From Promethearchaeota archaeon (GTDB lineage Archaea > Asgardarchaeota > Lokiarchaeia > Sigyniarchaeales > SOKP01), in NCBI GenBank assembly GCA_019058365.1, contig JAHPZE010000003.1, forward strand, positions 128,001-192,000: a DNA stretch of 64,000 nucleotides. The letters run 5' to 3'. The translations under genes and the position numbers were made by a program. The notes under the pieces were generated by a model. It did not search any database. It saw nothing but the letters and a program-made list of their open reading frames with translations, and was not told the DNA's origin. Below, piece by piece: positions 50,328 to 60,958 of this stretch; position 1 is the first letter of the stretch; every line of letters starts with the position of its first letter.

Positions 50328-51215
50328 TTATACCATAATATTAAGCATTTTTACAAGATCTTTATACCTTGAACGAAGTGTAACTTCAGTTACTCCCACT
50401 AAGTTTGCAATATCCTTCTGAGAAACCTTTTTATCTTTCTTTTTACAAACTAGATATAATGCACCAGCACATAGACCTTTTGGATCTTTACCACTTGTAG
50501 AATATTTTGAAGTAAAATTGTGTAAAATCTTTATAGTTGCATTTTCTGCATCTACATCTAACTCCAATTCAGCAATAAACCTTGGAATAAGAGAGATGGG
50601 ATCTGTTGAGGGTGCTTTTAAATTTAATTCTCTAATCAAAGTTCTATAACATCTTCTCACATTTTTTGCACTAATAGACGTCTCATCTAAAATCTCTTGC
50701 AAAGTTCGTGGGATTTTTCTTTCTCTGCAAGCGAAATATAAACACGCTGCGACCATCCCATTAATCGATCTCCCGCGTAATAATTTCTTTTTGAAAGCCT
50801 CTATATATAATCGTATTGCTGCTTTTTTAACATGATTAGGCAAGTTTAGATTACTACCTATTCTTTTTAATTCGGTAGTAGCAATTAACATATTCCTCTT
50901 ATCCCATGTCATCCGGGAATTCCATTTAGCAGCTCTTTTCAAATCAGGGCTTTTAATATTTGCTTTATCTATAATTGTGCTTAAACCCATATCTGGTAAT
51001 AAAATTGAAATCGGAGATCCTGTTCTTTCTCTAGATTCCTTTTCCTGCTTGGTAAAGGCTCTTTTTCCACTATGGGATATATCGACTATTCGTTCACTGA
51101 TGACTAAACCGCATTGTCCACATACAGTTTCTCCTTTCTCGTGAAGTAAAATAATCTTACCTTCACATTCAGGACATAAATTTGAAAAATTACTTAAATC
51201 TGATTCAACTTCCAT
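50328..51215 (-). CDS. tfb: Transcription initiation factor IIB
   Basis: CPEC...CGQCGLV, RGRSI...AACLYFACR, GKDP, SQKDIANLVGVTEVTLRSRYKDL. Confidence 0.96.
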   Translation of the reverse strand: MEVESDLSNFSNLCPECEGKIILLHEKGETVCGQCGLVISERIVDISHSGKRAFTKQEKESRERTGSPISILLPDMGLSTIIDKANIKSPDLKRAAKWNSRMTWDKRNMLIATTELKRIGSNLNLPNHVKKAAIRLYIEAFKKKLLRGRSINGMVAACLYFACRERKIPRTLQEILDETSISAKNVRRCYRTLIRELNLKAPSTDPISLIPRFIAELELDVDAENATIKILHNFTSKYSTSGKDPKGLCAGALYLVCKKKDKKVSQKDIANLVGVTEVTLRSRYKDLVKMLNIMV

Positions 51216-51478
51216 AATAACAACCCTATATAATTTTTAAAATAATTTATATTATTAAAACCTATTAATTGAAGATTTTTTAGTAGAAATTATCCCGTGT
51301 AGCGAATAAAATTGTATTATAAAAACTGACTATATTGCGTGACTGAAATGCTAATATATTCTTTGATGCAAATAATATAAATATAAATATAATATATAAA
51401 TATTTCGCTAGTACGTAATTATATTAGAGCATGTCTATGATGGTTTTAAAAAATGATCTATTTTTTCATAATAAGTTC

Positions 51479-52078
51479 CTATACTAAATAAGGAAAACTA
51501 GTTGAAAATCCCAAAAATATTATCATAACGATTGATGTTATCAAGAGTCGAATTATACCATGTGGATTACTTATCACACGATTATTATTAATTAAATAAT
51601 AAAGACTCAAGAAGAAATATATTATACCTAAAAATGAAGCAAGTGCTATAATAGGATGCATGTATAACAATAATCTATCAAACATAAGTTCCGGAATGTA
51701 ACGACCTAAGATATCTATTAAGAAGAAAATTAAACCGTTTGGTAATGGAGACAATATCCAAATCAAAAAATAAATTAGATAATTGAATAGGATTCCAAAA
51801 CCAAAAGATATATAAAGTGTTCCTAATATCAACCGTACTTTTCCGAGCTGATCTTCTTCCTTCATTATACCTTTACTCCTTTGCTGAAGATAAATCCCTC
51901 TTAATCTTGTCAATGTTAATAATCCAATAAAGAATATTAAAAAAACAAATGTATATTTCATGAATGGAAAAATAGCTTGAAAAAACCCAAAATACGACCG
52001 TTCTAACTCAGATAATATAATACCTGAAAGCAAATCTTCTATGAAATCGTTATTCATGAAATTTAGTATAAAATTCAA
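51479..52078 (-). CDS. Hypothetical membrane protein
   Basis: Four to five hydrophobic helices. Confidence 0.6.
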   Translation of the reverse strand: MNFILNFMNNDFIEDLLSGIILSELERSYFGFFQAIFPFMKYTFVFLIFFIGLLTLTRLRGIYLQQRSKGIMKEEDQLGKVRLILGTLYISFGFGILFNYLIYFLIWILSPLPNGLIFFLIDILGRYIPELMFDRLLLYMHPIIALASFLGIIYFFLSLYYLINNNRVISNPHGIIRLLITSIVMIIFLGFSTSFPYLV

Positions 52079-52185
52079 TCTATTTTATTATTCTATTGTG
52101 AATATTTAAAGTCTACACATAATCTAATTTAAAATACTTATAAAAATGAGACAAAAACCAGCACCCAAGATAAGTACACTTACAA

Positions 52186-52653
52186 TTAAGTTATCTTTTC
52201 ACATTCATTATTGACAATTTTCATTGTCGCGTTAAAATCTTGCCACCAATCTTGCCCTTGCTGAGCTACCAACATAGGATCGATCTTATGAGAATCTAAG
52301 CATCTGATTTCTTCTTTATGGGCTTTAATTTTTCCTTTCCATATTTGAGAAATAATATTTTGTAAATTAATTTTTACTTTTTTAATTAATTCTTCGTAAG
52401 GAACCGAAACATCTTCAGTTTTTTGTAATCTTTGAAGTTGGTCAAACTTAACCTTTTCTTTTGCTCGATTTAAATCACTACAACTGATTTTAATAGAAAA
52501 CGGTTCCTCCTTTCCCCATTTGCAAAATTTTTGAATATCACATAAAGAACAATAACTTTCAAAACTAATTGTGTAATCCTCAAGACCAACTATAGAATAA
52601 TTTAAAATTTTTGGCATTTTTCTACTTTTGTTTATTAATAATAACATACACAC
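52186..52653 (-). CDS. Hypothetical Cys-containing protein (start probably at MPKILNY)
   Basis: CSLCDIQKFC motif. Confidence 0.65.
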   Translation of the reverse strand: MCMLLLINKSRKMPKILNYSIVGLEDYTISFESYCSLCDIQKFCKWGKEEPFSIKISCSDLNRAKEKVKFDQLQRLQKTEDVSVPYEELIKKVKINLQNIISQIWKGKIKAHKEEIRCLDSHKIDPMLVAQQGQDWWQDFNATMKIVNNECEKIT

Positions 52654-52724
52654 TTTAAGCTATTATATTTTAGGGCTTTCAATTTTTTGGTTTAATTTAA
52701 AAAGGTATTTATAAAAAAAAATTC

Positions 52725-53554
52725 ATGAAACCATCAAATAAAAAGACATTTTATCTCACGGTAATCTCTATATCTGTTATAATTGGTATTATTTCAGTTA
52801 TCTTATTGTATATATTTAATTGGAATGCAATAGTTCAGTAATATCTTATCCATGAGGGCGCTTTAGGCGTAGTATTGATCCTTTCGAGTAGAATAATTAT
52901 TTTATCTGGAATGGTCACATATACCTTTTATAATAGTTTCAGCAAGAACAACAATATTTTTCGGATTTACCGTTTTTATTCGGGATTTTCTTCTTATTTC
53001 TTGTATTCGGAAAGGCTTTTGATTTATTTGTGGATTTCATTTATTTTCAATTGAATGAGACTCTTGTTTTAAATACCCTTAAGATTCGATACTTCATTAT
53101 GATCTTTGACTTCTTACCAATGATATTTCTTAGTACTGAAATGATTCTATTTTCCTTTTCATTGCGATCAAGATTAAACAGACTTACCAACGAGGAAATG
53201 CGCAATAAGATTAGCTGTCGATTGATTTTCAGCATTTTATTTATTGAGTTCATAGTCGGAATATTAGCACCAAGTATTCGAACCTTAACCATATATTATA
53301 CTGTTATAATCATTCCTTCATCAATTACAATATTCTGGCTCTTTCGATTTGCTTATAAAAGCAAACATCTCTCTCCAGTCAACACGTTAATCTTGACAAT
53401 AGGATTTGGAGCTTATTTAATTTCTCAAATAGTCCTCTCTTTAGCACAGTTTATTATCGGAGAATCTGATACTTTCTTGATTTTTCCTAAATCAATAGAT
53501 TTGGTTATTTTCCATGTTATCTTTCTAGGTTTTTACCGGGAATCTAAGTATTAA
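52725..53554 (+). pseudogene. Disrupted multi-pass membrane protein
   Basis: MKPSNKKTFYLTV...NWNAIVQ* (TAA 52839-52841); the frame continues, then shifts near 52935 into FQQEQQYFSDLPFLFGIFF..., which runs into ORF 53030-53554. Confidence 0.7.
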
Positions 53555-53615
53555 ACTAATTTTTTTCTAAATTACTTTTTCTTTAAATAATTCGTATTAA
53601 AGTTTAAGTTATATT

Positions 53616-54842
53616 ATGTTTAAATTAAAAAGAAACGGATCAAAATCATATTTTAATATAAATTATGTTTCATTTGTATTTATATATTTAACCTATTCAT
53701 CTATATTTGTTTTTCTTAATAAATTTCTTCCAATTCTCTTTTTTGATGTATTAGATATTAATAGAATTATTCTTGCATTAATGCAGTTTCTTGCTTATTC
53801 CATATTATTATTACGTCCTGTTTTAGCTACAATAACAGATAACTTCAGAATTAAGGGTTATCAACGGAAATATTATATTATTCTTTCTGGATATTTATTA
53901 GCGTTATTCTACATTCTTATTGGGTTTAACTTCAATAATATTTTAATGTTTGGAGTCCTTTTATGTTTGATTTATATTTCAAGTATGATGCTAGATGTTT
54001 GTTCAAAATCCTTAGTTATTGATATTTCACCAACTAACGTAATAAAAAAAAGAAACCTCTTTTTTGTGTCTTTAGGCGAAGCTTTAGGAAATTTTTTTCC
54101 TTTCTTTTTATTCTTTCTTCTTATCAATGATGTTCATTCAATAAATTCTTGGGAAACTATGATTTACTGTAGCTTTCTTTTATTAATACCTTTATTAAGT
54201 ATTTTGCCATTTATTATTGAGAGAAGGCAATGGAATCCTCAAGTCATCGAAAAGCCCGAAAGGATTGAAATTTCTGAAGAAATTAGTCTAAATTCTAATC
54301 ATAAACCTAAATTAACATTCATTTTACTCTGCATTTTTATCTTTTTTGCATTTAGCGATGTAATTTTCGCATATCCTTTTTTTCCTTATCTAATACACAA
54401 ATTTGGACTCAATAACTTTAATATATTTAATCTCTTTTTAAGCTTTTATTTTCTCATAAGTATAGTGAGTAGTGCAATTGGTGGATTTCTTGTTAAAAAA
54501 GCAAAACCTAAAATTATTATATTCATTCTAATCCCAATAATCGGAATTATTTATTTGATGTATATAATTGTCCCTTTTACATATTTTACTATATTATATT
54601 TTTTAGGATGCTCTTTAGGGACAATTGCTAACTTTAACATTACAGTATATATTATGAAGTTTAAACAAGGAGATAAATCAGTCTATTTTCACCTTATAGC
54701 ATCCTTCAGACATCTAGCATGCTTCATTTTTATTCCATTAGGAACTCTACTTTCCAGTTTTATAATTACTGAATATCTTATTATCATTGGTGCTATATTG
54801 TTGAATATCTCAATCCTTCCTTTAATTTTTGTAAAACTCTAA
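53616..54842 (+). CDS. MFS transporter
   Basis: About 12 TM helices; LRPVLATITDN...RKYYI and MLDVCSKSLVID motifs, as in BT1/AmpG-like MFS proteins; convergent with YcaO. Confidence 0.82.
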   Translation: MFKLKRNGSKSYFNINYVSFVFIYLTYSSIFVFLNKFLPILFFDVLDINRIILALMQFLAYSILLLRPVLATITDNFRIKGYQRKYYIILSGYLLALFYILIGFNFNNILMFGVLLCLIYISSMMLDVCSKSLVIDISPTNVIKKRNLFFVSLGEALGNFFPFFLFFLLINDVHSINSWETMIYCSFLLLIPLLSILPFIIERRQWNPQVIEKPERIEISEEISLNSNHKPKLTFILLCIFIFFAFSDVIFAYPFFPYLIHKFGLNNFNIFNLFLSFYFLISIVSSAIGGFLVKKAKPKIIIFILIPIIGIIYLMYIIVPFTYFTILYFLGCSLGTIANFNITVYIMKFKQGDKSVYFHLIASFRHLACFIFIPLGTLLSSFIITEYLIIIGAILLNISILPLIFVKL

Positions 54843-54879
54843 AAAAATTAAAAGAAATATTTTTATGATAATTATAATT

Positions 54880-56649
54880 TCAACAAAAGAAATCTTGGAT
54901 CTTATGATCATAGTGATTTTTAATAACCTTGAAAAGATCCGGATATTTAGATGTAATTTTTTTCTCGATAAATTCAAGTAAACCATATCTACATGTTCGC
55001 ACATGCCTGCAATTATTACATTCTTGATGACAATTTGGAATCAATTTTTCTAGCCTTGTTAAGAGTTTTTTTGAAAAATCTTTAAATGGTTCATTTTTAA
55101 ACGTAATTGGGATCTCATTGGATTTCCTTAATTTCCAAAATTTTTTAAAGAGATCAGAATTGCCGTAAGCTAAACAAAGCAAAGAAAAAAACTCCCATGT
55201 AGATATTCGTCTTAGAGCAAGTGTATCAATTCCTAGAAATGTTGAAAGGTTATAATTTTTTATCACTACATAAATCAACGATTCAGATCTAGATAATATT
55301 TCTAAGTCAATTGATTGGATATCTCTTATATTTGTTATGAGTATTTTCTTTAGCTTAAATACTTGATCTGGCATGTATAAGAGATAATCAAGTATGCAAC
55401 ATTCGAGTTCTGGAACAAATAATCTTATTGTAGGAAAACCAAGCCAATTATAGTCTCTCATATAAATATACCAACCATTTTTTCTACAAAATTCTGTAAG
55501 ATTTTTTAGTTCAACAAGAAAATTTTTATCACTATAATCCCATTTCTTAAAACTTCCAAAATTTACAATTAGAAATTCTAATTTTTTTGAAGGATACATT
55601 TGCTGGACTTCAAATCTATATTTGAAAAAACCTTCTAATGGGAAATAGTTGTTTATTTCGGGAAAAACTTTATACAATTTTGAAATACTTAATAAATAGC
55701 GTTTAGTATATCTTAATCTAATTTTATGAAATGGAAAGACTTGTAATTTTTCGGTAAAACATCGCTCAATTGCGAAATTAATGGAAGTAGCTGCGGATAT
55801 ATGAAATTCCAGTTTATCGATCTGTTTATGGTGAAAAACTACACCGACTACAGGGATTCCTTTGTTTAAGCTCAAATCTTTTACAATAATATCAATATTC
55901 TCTTTATTAAATTTCTGTATAATTTCTTTATTATTATTTGAAATATATTCTGATGGTATTGTAGGGCATTTTATATTATCAGAAATTACTTTTATTATAG
56001 TATAAGTTTCGAAAATCTCACATAAAGCTTGCACAAAAGCTTCTTCGTATGAATTTCCCGAGGCACATCCTTTAGTTGAGGATAAGAAAATAGTATCAAG
56101 AAAAACTTCTTCATTTGTATAAACATTCTTAAATGGGAGATACATCTTATTGTATCCATCCCAATTAGGTAAGTATGGATTGTTTTTTCGTGTTTTTTTA
56201 AAAATTCTCTCATTTAATTCTTTATCTTTCTCGGATATCTCTGTATTAAATATAGGACAAATCTTTGGTTTTAATAGGTTTCGTGAAAACCACCACCCAA
56301 TTTGAATTCTTTCTATTAATTCAGCATATCCACTAGCAACACTAGCCTCTAAAGTCGTACCTTTCCCAAAGGAATTATATAGAATAAAATCATTACTAAC
56401 CTCTAAAGCATGACTGAGATTTGTACTAGTGATCCATATATCTTCGATTGAACTTGTATAAGAAGAATGCTCAACAAATTTATTTCTTTTTAAGAAAAAT
56501 TTTAATGATTTTGTTATATTCTGAATGGTTTCTTGAAATGAAACGGCTTTATAACCATTCACTTTTTCAGAATTTCTAAAACCATTAAACTTTGGATAAA
56601 AAATATGTGTTCTATCCTGTTTAAAATAGGATTTATCAATTATTGTCAT
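54880..56649 (-). CDS. ycaO: Stand-alone YcaO-family protein with a Cys-rich C-terminal extension
   Basis: GKGTT...ASVASGYAELIER, KGCASGNSYEEAFVQALCEIFE, KDLSL..GIPVVGV, AIERCFTEKLQ, PTIRLFVP. Confidence 0.9.
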   Translation of the reverse strand: MTIIDKSYFKQDRTHIFYPKFNGFRNSEKVNGYKAVSFQETIQNITKSLKFFLKRNKFVEHSSYTSSIEDIWITSTNLSHALEVSNDFILYNSFGKGTTLEASVASGYAELIERIQIGWWFSRNLLKPKICPIFNTEISEKDKELNERIFKKTRKNNPYLPNWDGYNKMYLPFKNVYTNEEVFLDTIFLSSTKGCASGNSYEEAFVQALCEIFETYTIIKVISDNIKCPTIPSEYISNNNKEIIQKFNKENIDIIVKDLSLNKGIPVVGVVFHHKQIDKLEFHISAATSINFAIERCFTEKLQVFPFHKIRLRYTKRYLLSISKLYKVFPEINNYFPLEGFFKYRFEVQQMYPSKKLEFLIVNFGSFKKWDYSDKNFLVELKNLTEFCRKNGWYIYMRDYNWLGFPTIRLFVPELECCILDYLLYMPDQVFKLKKILITNIRDIQSIDLEILSRSESLIYVVIKNYNLSTFLGIDTLALRRISTWEFFSLLCLAYGNSDLFKKFWKLRKSNEIPITFKNEPFKDFSKKLLTRLEKLIPNCHQECNNCRHVRTCRYGLLEFIEKKITSKYPDLFKVIKNHYDHKIQDFFC

Positions 56650-56814
56650 ATTCTTATTACATGTTTATTTATTTCTATAAAATTTCTATAAGTCAAACAA
56701 ATTTCTAATTTCAATTTAAACTCCTAAAAACCTAAAAAATTTGAAAAATGATTTCAGTTTTTCAAAATAGTAGTTAAAAAATAAATATAAAACAGTTTTA
56801 GGACACGAGAAGTT

Positions 56815-56841
56815 AGAAAAGAAGAAATAAAAAGAAGAAAT
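56815..56841 (-). terminator. Oligo-T-rich tract after the peptide gene
   Basis: Minus strand TTTCTTCTTTTTATTTCTTCTTTTCT about 30 nt after the stop codon. Confidence 0.4.
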
Positions 56842-56869
56842 ATAGTAATTTAATTTGATAGTGATTTAC

Positions 56870-57010
56870 TTAATATGGAAATCCAGTTCTGCCATGAGGG
56901 ACTTGAAAGCGTGGGCATCCCTTACCGCCATGAGGGACTTGAAAGCGTGGGCATCCCTTACCGCCATGAGGAATCGTAAATAAATCAAATATCATCTCAT
57001 TGCTATTCAT
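56870..57010 (-). CDS. 46-aa multi-core RiPP precursor candidate, MNSNEMIFDL-FTIPHGGKGCPR-FQVPHGGKGCPR-FQVPHGRTGFPY
   Basis: Hand translation; same strand as YcaO and 220 nt upstream of it; three 12-aa cassettes; TTTAAATA TATA-like box near 57080-57087. Confidence 0.8.
   Translation of the reverse strand: MNSNEMIFDLFTIPHGGKGCPRFQVPHGGKGCPRFQVPHGRTGFPY
56891..56971. repeat. Perfect 36-nt tandem repeat, 2.25 copies
   Basis: GCCATGAGGGACTTGAAAGCGTGGGCATCCCTTACC at 56891-56926 and 56927-56962, plus GCCATGAGG at 56963-56971; GC-rich against an AT-rich background. Confidence 0.97.
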
Positions 57011-57224
57011 CTTTATTAAACCCTAATTATTAAATAATGAATTAATTAGTCATTATTCAATAACTTATGTTATCTCATATATTTAAAGTTCTAATATTTT
57101 CCTACACCTAGAGACAGGTAATAAAAAATAAAAGAAAGTAAAGTAAATCCTTAAATTGAAATAGAATTAAGTTAAATTATTTAAAAGAAAATCAACTTTT
57201 TTTTCTTAAATATAACGTTCTCTT

Positions 57225-60200
57225 TTGCAGATAATGGATTTCATAAATGAATTTGAACATCTAAAAAGGCTTTCATTAGGTAAAGAGCTCGAAGATATTG
57301 ATATAATTTTTCAAAAGTATATAGATTCTATATATAACTATTTAAAGTTAGAACCTGTTCATAAAAATGTGAGAATACACCTCTTGGAAAAAGAAAATTT
57401 ATTAAAAGAAGAAAAGGAAATTAATCCCTTTGATATTGGGGTTGCTCGATTCATCCAAGACAAAATCTTACATTTAGAGATCTCTCAAAAATATACTGAA
57501 TTTTTACCGTATATCTTATTAAGAGAAGCATATTATATTTTTCTTCCGAAAAGAAGTGTATCTGTTGAGATAGCAGTAAATTCATTTATAGAAAAGGATT
57601 TACAAGATTTAGATGAGATTGGCAAGTGGCAATCAATGATTCGAGAATGCTTTATCCATGATGATTCTGTGAGTAAAATTATGACGGCTTTTGAAAAATT
57701 ACATCTGGAAGTAGCAGACTTATGTAAAATATTTTTTAATATGGTTAGGAATAATATTTCCCTAATTGATAAAGACATGGATGATTTAGTTACTCGACTT
57801 CAAGAAGAAATAATGTCTAAACTCTCAAAAATTTTCTATAACGATGAAATGGTTGAGACTTTGAGAGTCCTCATCGAAATATTTTATAGAGTTAAACAAT
57901 ACACCGCATTATTGAATTATCAGGAACATTTTAAAATCTATAAAGAAAAAAATATAATAAAGAGTGATTTGAGTTTAAGGAAATTTACATCAAATATGAA
58001 ATTAATAAGCAATAATTCTCTACTTAGCCCTAGTTATCTAACCCGGTGGAATACAATCGATGTATTTGTTTGTTTCTGTTATATGAGATTCCATCCTAAA
58101 ATAACTGTTTCTCAGATAAATAGGATTTTAAAAACCTTTCCTTTTTTTCTAGAACCCAGAACTGCTTACTCTTCTGGCTTTTGTCCAGATATTTTTGGAT
58201 TTTTCATTTTACCAAGAGTCTACTTTTTAGATTTTATAGGCATATTAAACAGAATGAAAAATAATAATTATTTGACTAAATTATCTGTTTATAGGCTTAA
58301 CTATTTCTTTAATTTTGCTAACTTAAATTTTCTTAGGAGTTTTCATAAATATGAATCTCTTATTAATCCCTTTCACAATCAATATGATATTAAATTTGAG
58401 ATAAATTATTTCTTAAACTATGGTGAAAATTTTCATCAGAAAGAATTAGATCTGCTTGATTTTTTGATTTTAGATAGAATTAGGTTCTTTTCTACAAATT
58501 CATTTGGATTTGAAAGAAGAGCTAATACTTTAACAGACCTAAAAAAAAGTATTATTGAAGAAGTTACATATCAAAGAAATCTTATTATCGATATTAAAGA
58601 ACTTGCCAAAAAAATTTCTGAAAAACCAAAAATTAAATCCAATTTTCTTAAATTTTTAGATACCAACCAAACTTATGGACTATTTTATATTAAAAATGTC
58701 TTAGATTCACTACTAACAATATTGATCTTTATTGAAATATTTTTCATAAAAAATCCGAATATTAAAAACACATTTAATTTTAAAGAATGGATTAAGAAGC
58801 ATGGATTATCTAATCTAATTGAGAGTAATCTATTTTTAAAAAAAAAATTTATAAAAACACTGATTTTTAATGACTTCGTACCGCTTTATTTTAATTCTAA
58901 AGAAAAATTCAAGGAGAAATTAAACGAATACAAGATATACAATCAATTCATAGATATATGTTTCAATCTTAAAACATTCAATTTAAAAGTCATAAAACAG
59001 ATTGTTGAAAATCCGGAAACTTTGAAAAAAGTTTATGAAAAAAAAGAGTTAAAACTAAAAGAGATATATGAAATAGTGAAACTAACAGATATTACAAGTA
59101 AAGAAGTTGAAGAAAGAATAGCAGGATTCCTTAAAAATAAACCACCCATAATAGAACCGTGGTTACTTAACACTCTTGGATATTTATATACGAATATAGA
59201 AGATTTAGTTTTTATAATTAAAAATGATGAAGAAACCTTGAAAAAACTTAATTTAATTAAAAAGTTTTTTCCCTTTTTTATAATCTTTACTTCAACAGAT
59301 TTGATCTCTAATGAGGATATAATTTTTACTGAAGTCAGTTTCCCCAACTTTCATTACCGTGATGCATATCAATTTTATTCCATATTATATAATACATTTA
59401 AGGAAAATCTACTAATCGCTAAGAGATATTTATCTAGTGGATTTACTCCTGTATTTTCTTTAAAATCCTTTTATAATTTCGAGACACGTCAATTCTTTTA
59501 TACTAAAGATTTATTTAAGCAATTCTTTCATTACATACAAAAAACTTTAGGAGAAAATTTTGAGTTTATTCCAATTAAAGATAATAAAATCTTATCAAAA
59601 TTACTCTCAAAAGAAAATAATATGTTTAATTTGGTAAAAACAATAAAAAACAGACAATCAAGAGATAAAATTGATTATAAAATTAAAAACTTAAAAAAAT
59701 TAATAGAATTTAATCTCAATCTTGATAAATCATTAAAAGATTTAGAAAAATATAAAGAAATAAAGCAAGAAACCTTTTTTAAAAAATATGTAAACTCTAT
59801 CCGATTCATTCCCTCTTTTCAACATTTTGGATTTGATCAGTTTTTTTTGTATATTTTCCCGATAGATATGAGTAAAATCGATTTAAAACTTCTATTTCTC
59901 AATAATTTTCAACAAATAAAATGTTCCTCATCAATTGATGCTCCCAATCCATTATTAATTAAATATATCATGCCTAATAACACTCCCAATGATAAATATC
60001 TCCATTGGTTGGTGAAATCAATGAAAGTAATTCAAGAATACTCTTTATTCTCTGTTAAAAAAATTTATAGTTTATTACATTTTGATTACAATCTTGCTGA
60101 AAATGGTTGGGAATATGATGCTGATAAATTTAAAAGCCACTTGGAAAATATTCTCTTTAAGTCGGGTTATGAGATTGAAATTCCTAAAGTGAGAGAATTT

Positions 60201-60857
60201 AATATTTCAAAACAATTAACCTCTTCTTATTATGATCCAAAATCTGAGGAATATGAAACTCTCACCAAAATCTATGGTCGGAAATCCTTGGATATGAAAT
60301 CTTATTTAGGAACAAGAAATTATAAAGTTGTAAACTCAATTAAAAACTTATTAAACAAAAAATTAATATTTCCATATTTATCCCTAAAGAATTTAGGATT
60401 TCAAGATAAACTTCTTATAATTCTTCCCAATATTAAATCCAAATCTAAAGACATTTTATTACAAATATTCAGTTACTTTAATTATGGTTTTATTTATGAA
60501 ATTGAAGGAGAATTTTACATTTATGGATTTGATAAGGAAGTAAAATTTGAGGAAGGATTAATGATAAAACTGTATCTTCCAAAATCCAAGTTTAGCATGT
60601 TTCATAAATTTCTTGAAGTCTTTAATTTATTATTTGAATATTTAGAAATCCCCCATTATTTATTTTTATATGATTTAGTTAACAGTAAGGAGTTAATTAA
60701 ATCGGTTTATGGAAATATTCAGTTCCTAAAACAATATAATCCTTTAAAGAATCTAAAGTGGAATAAAAAGGACAAAATTTGGTTGAATCATAAGGTATTT
60801 ACTCAGAAATTTGAACCTATATATCCAGATTTACTTTATAATAAAGAAGATAATTAG
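57225..60857 (+). CDS. Giant (1210 aa) putative multi-module Lrp/AsnC-like regulator, paralog of 6249-9899
   Basis: End-to-end similarity with the 1216-aa protein; N-terminal LLREAY motif; repeated HTH-RAM-like segments (inference). Confidence 0.6.
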   Translation: MQIMDFINEFEHLKRLSLGKELEDIDIIFQKYIDSIYNYLKLEPVHKNVRIHLLEKENLLKEEKEINPFDIGVARFIQDKILHLEISQKYTEFLPYILLREAYYIFLPKRSVSVEIAVNSFIEKDLQDLDEIGKWQSMIRECFIHDDSVSKIMTAFEKLHLEVADLCKIFFNMVRNNISLIDKDMDDLVTRLQEEIMSKLSKIFYNDEMVETLRVLIEIFYRVKQYTALLNYQEHFKIYKEKNIIKSDLSLRKFTSNMKLISNNSLLSPSYLTRWNTIDVFVCFCYMRFHPKITVSQINRILKTFPFFLEPRTAYSSGFCPDIFGFFILPRVYFLDFIGILNRMKNNNYLTKLSVYRLNYFFNFANLNFLRSFHKYESLINPFHNQYDIKFEINYFLNYGENFHQKELDLLDFLILDRIRFFSTNSFGFERRANTLTDLKKSIIEEVTYQRNLIIDIKELAKKISEKPKIKSNFLKFLDTNQTYGLFYIKNVLDSLLTILIFIEIFFIKNPNIKNTFNFKEWIKKHGLSNLIESNLFLKKKFIKTLIFNDFVPLYFNSKEKFKEKLNEYKIYNQFIDICFNLKTFNLKVIKQIVENPETLKKVYEKKELKLKEIYEIVKLTDITSKEVEERIAGFLKNKPPIIEPWLLNTLGYLYTNIEDLVFIIKNDEETLKKLNLIKKFFPFFIIFTSTDLISNEDIIFTEVSFPNFHYRDAYQFYSILYNTFKENLLIAKRYLSSGFTPVFSLKSFYNFETRQFFYTKDLFKQFFHYIQKTLGENFEFIPIKDNKILSKLLSKENNMFNLVKTIKNRQSRDKIDYKIKNLKKLIEFNLNLDKSLKDLEKYKEIKQETFFKKYVNSIRFIPSFQHFGFDQFFLYIFPIDMSKIDLKLLFLNNFQQIKCSSSIDAPNPLLIKYIMPNNTPNDKYLHWLVKSMKVIQEYSLFSVKKIYSLLHFDYNLAENGWEYDADKFKSHLENILFKSGYEIEIPKVREFNISKQLTSSYYDPKSEEYETLTKIYGRKSLDMKSYLGTRNYKVVNSIKNLLNKKLIFPYLSLKNLGFQDKLLIILPNIKSKSKDILLQIFSYFNYGFIYEIEGEFYIYGFDKEVKFEEGLMIKLYLPKSKFSMFHKFLEVFNLLFEYLEIPHYLFLYDLVNSKELIKSVYGNIQFLKQYNPLKNLKWNKKDKIWLNHKVFTQKFEPIYPDLLYNKEDN

Positions 60858-60958
60858 CATATTTTGATATAAATTTGCTATTGACAAGTAAAGAGTGTAG
60901 ACTCATTCAAGTCTTATTTAAAATTAAAATTTGTCTATCTGGCATAGTTTTATAAAAT

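Noticed and set aside
56891-56971. 36-nt repeats as a CRISPR array
   Set aside because: The copies are directly adjacent with no spacers, the unit is a multiple of three within an ORF, and no cas genes are present.
56875-56979. Plus-strand reading of the repeat, MEIQFCHEGLESVGIPYRHEGLESVGIPYRHEES*, with a GTGAT 9 nt upstream
   Set aside because: Disfavoured but not excluded. The minus frame is co-oriented with YcaO, keeps whole Gly/Pro/Phe codons in the diverged cassettes (including beyond the plus-strand stop), and has a TATA box and a T-rich terminator.
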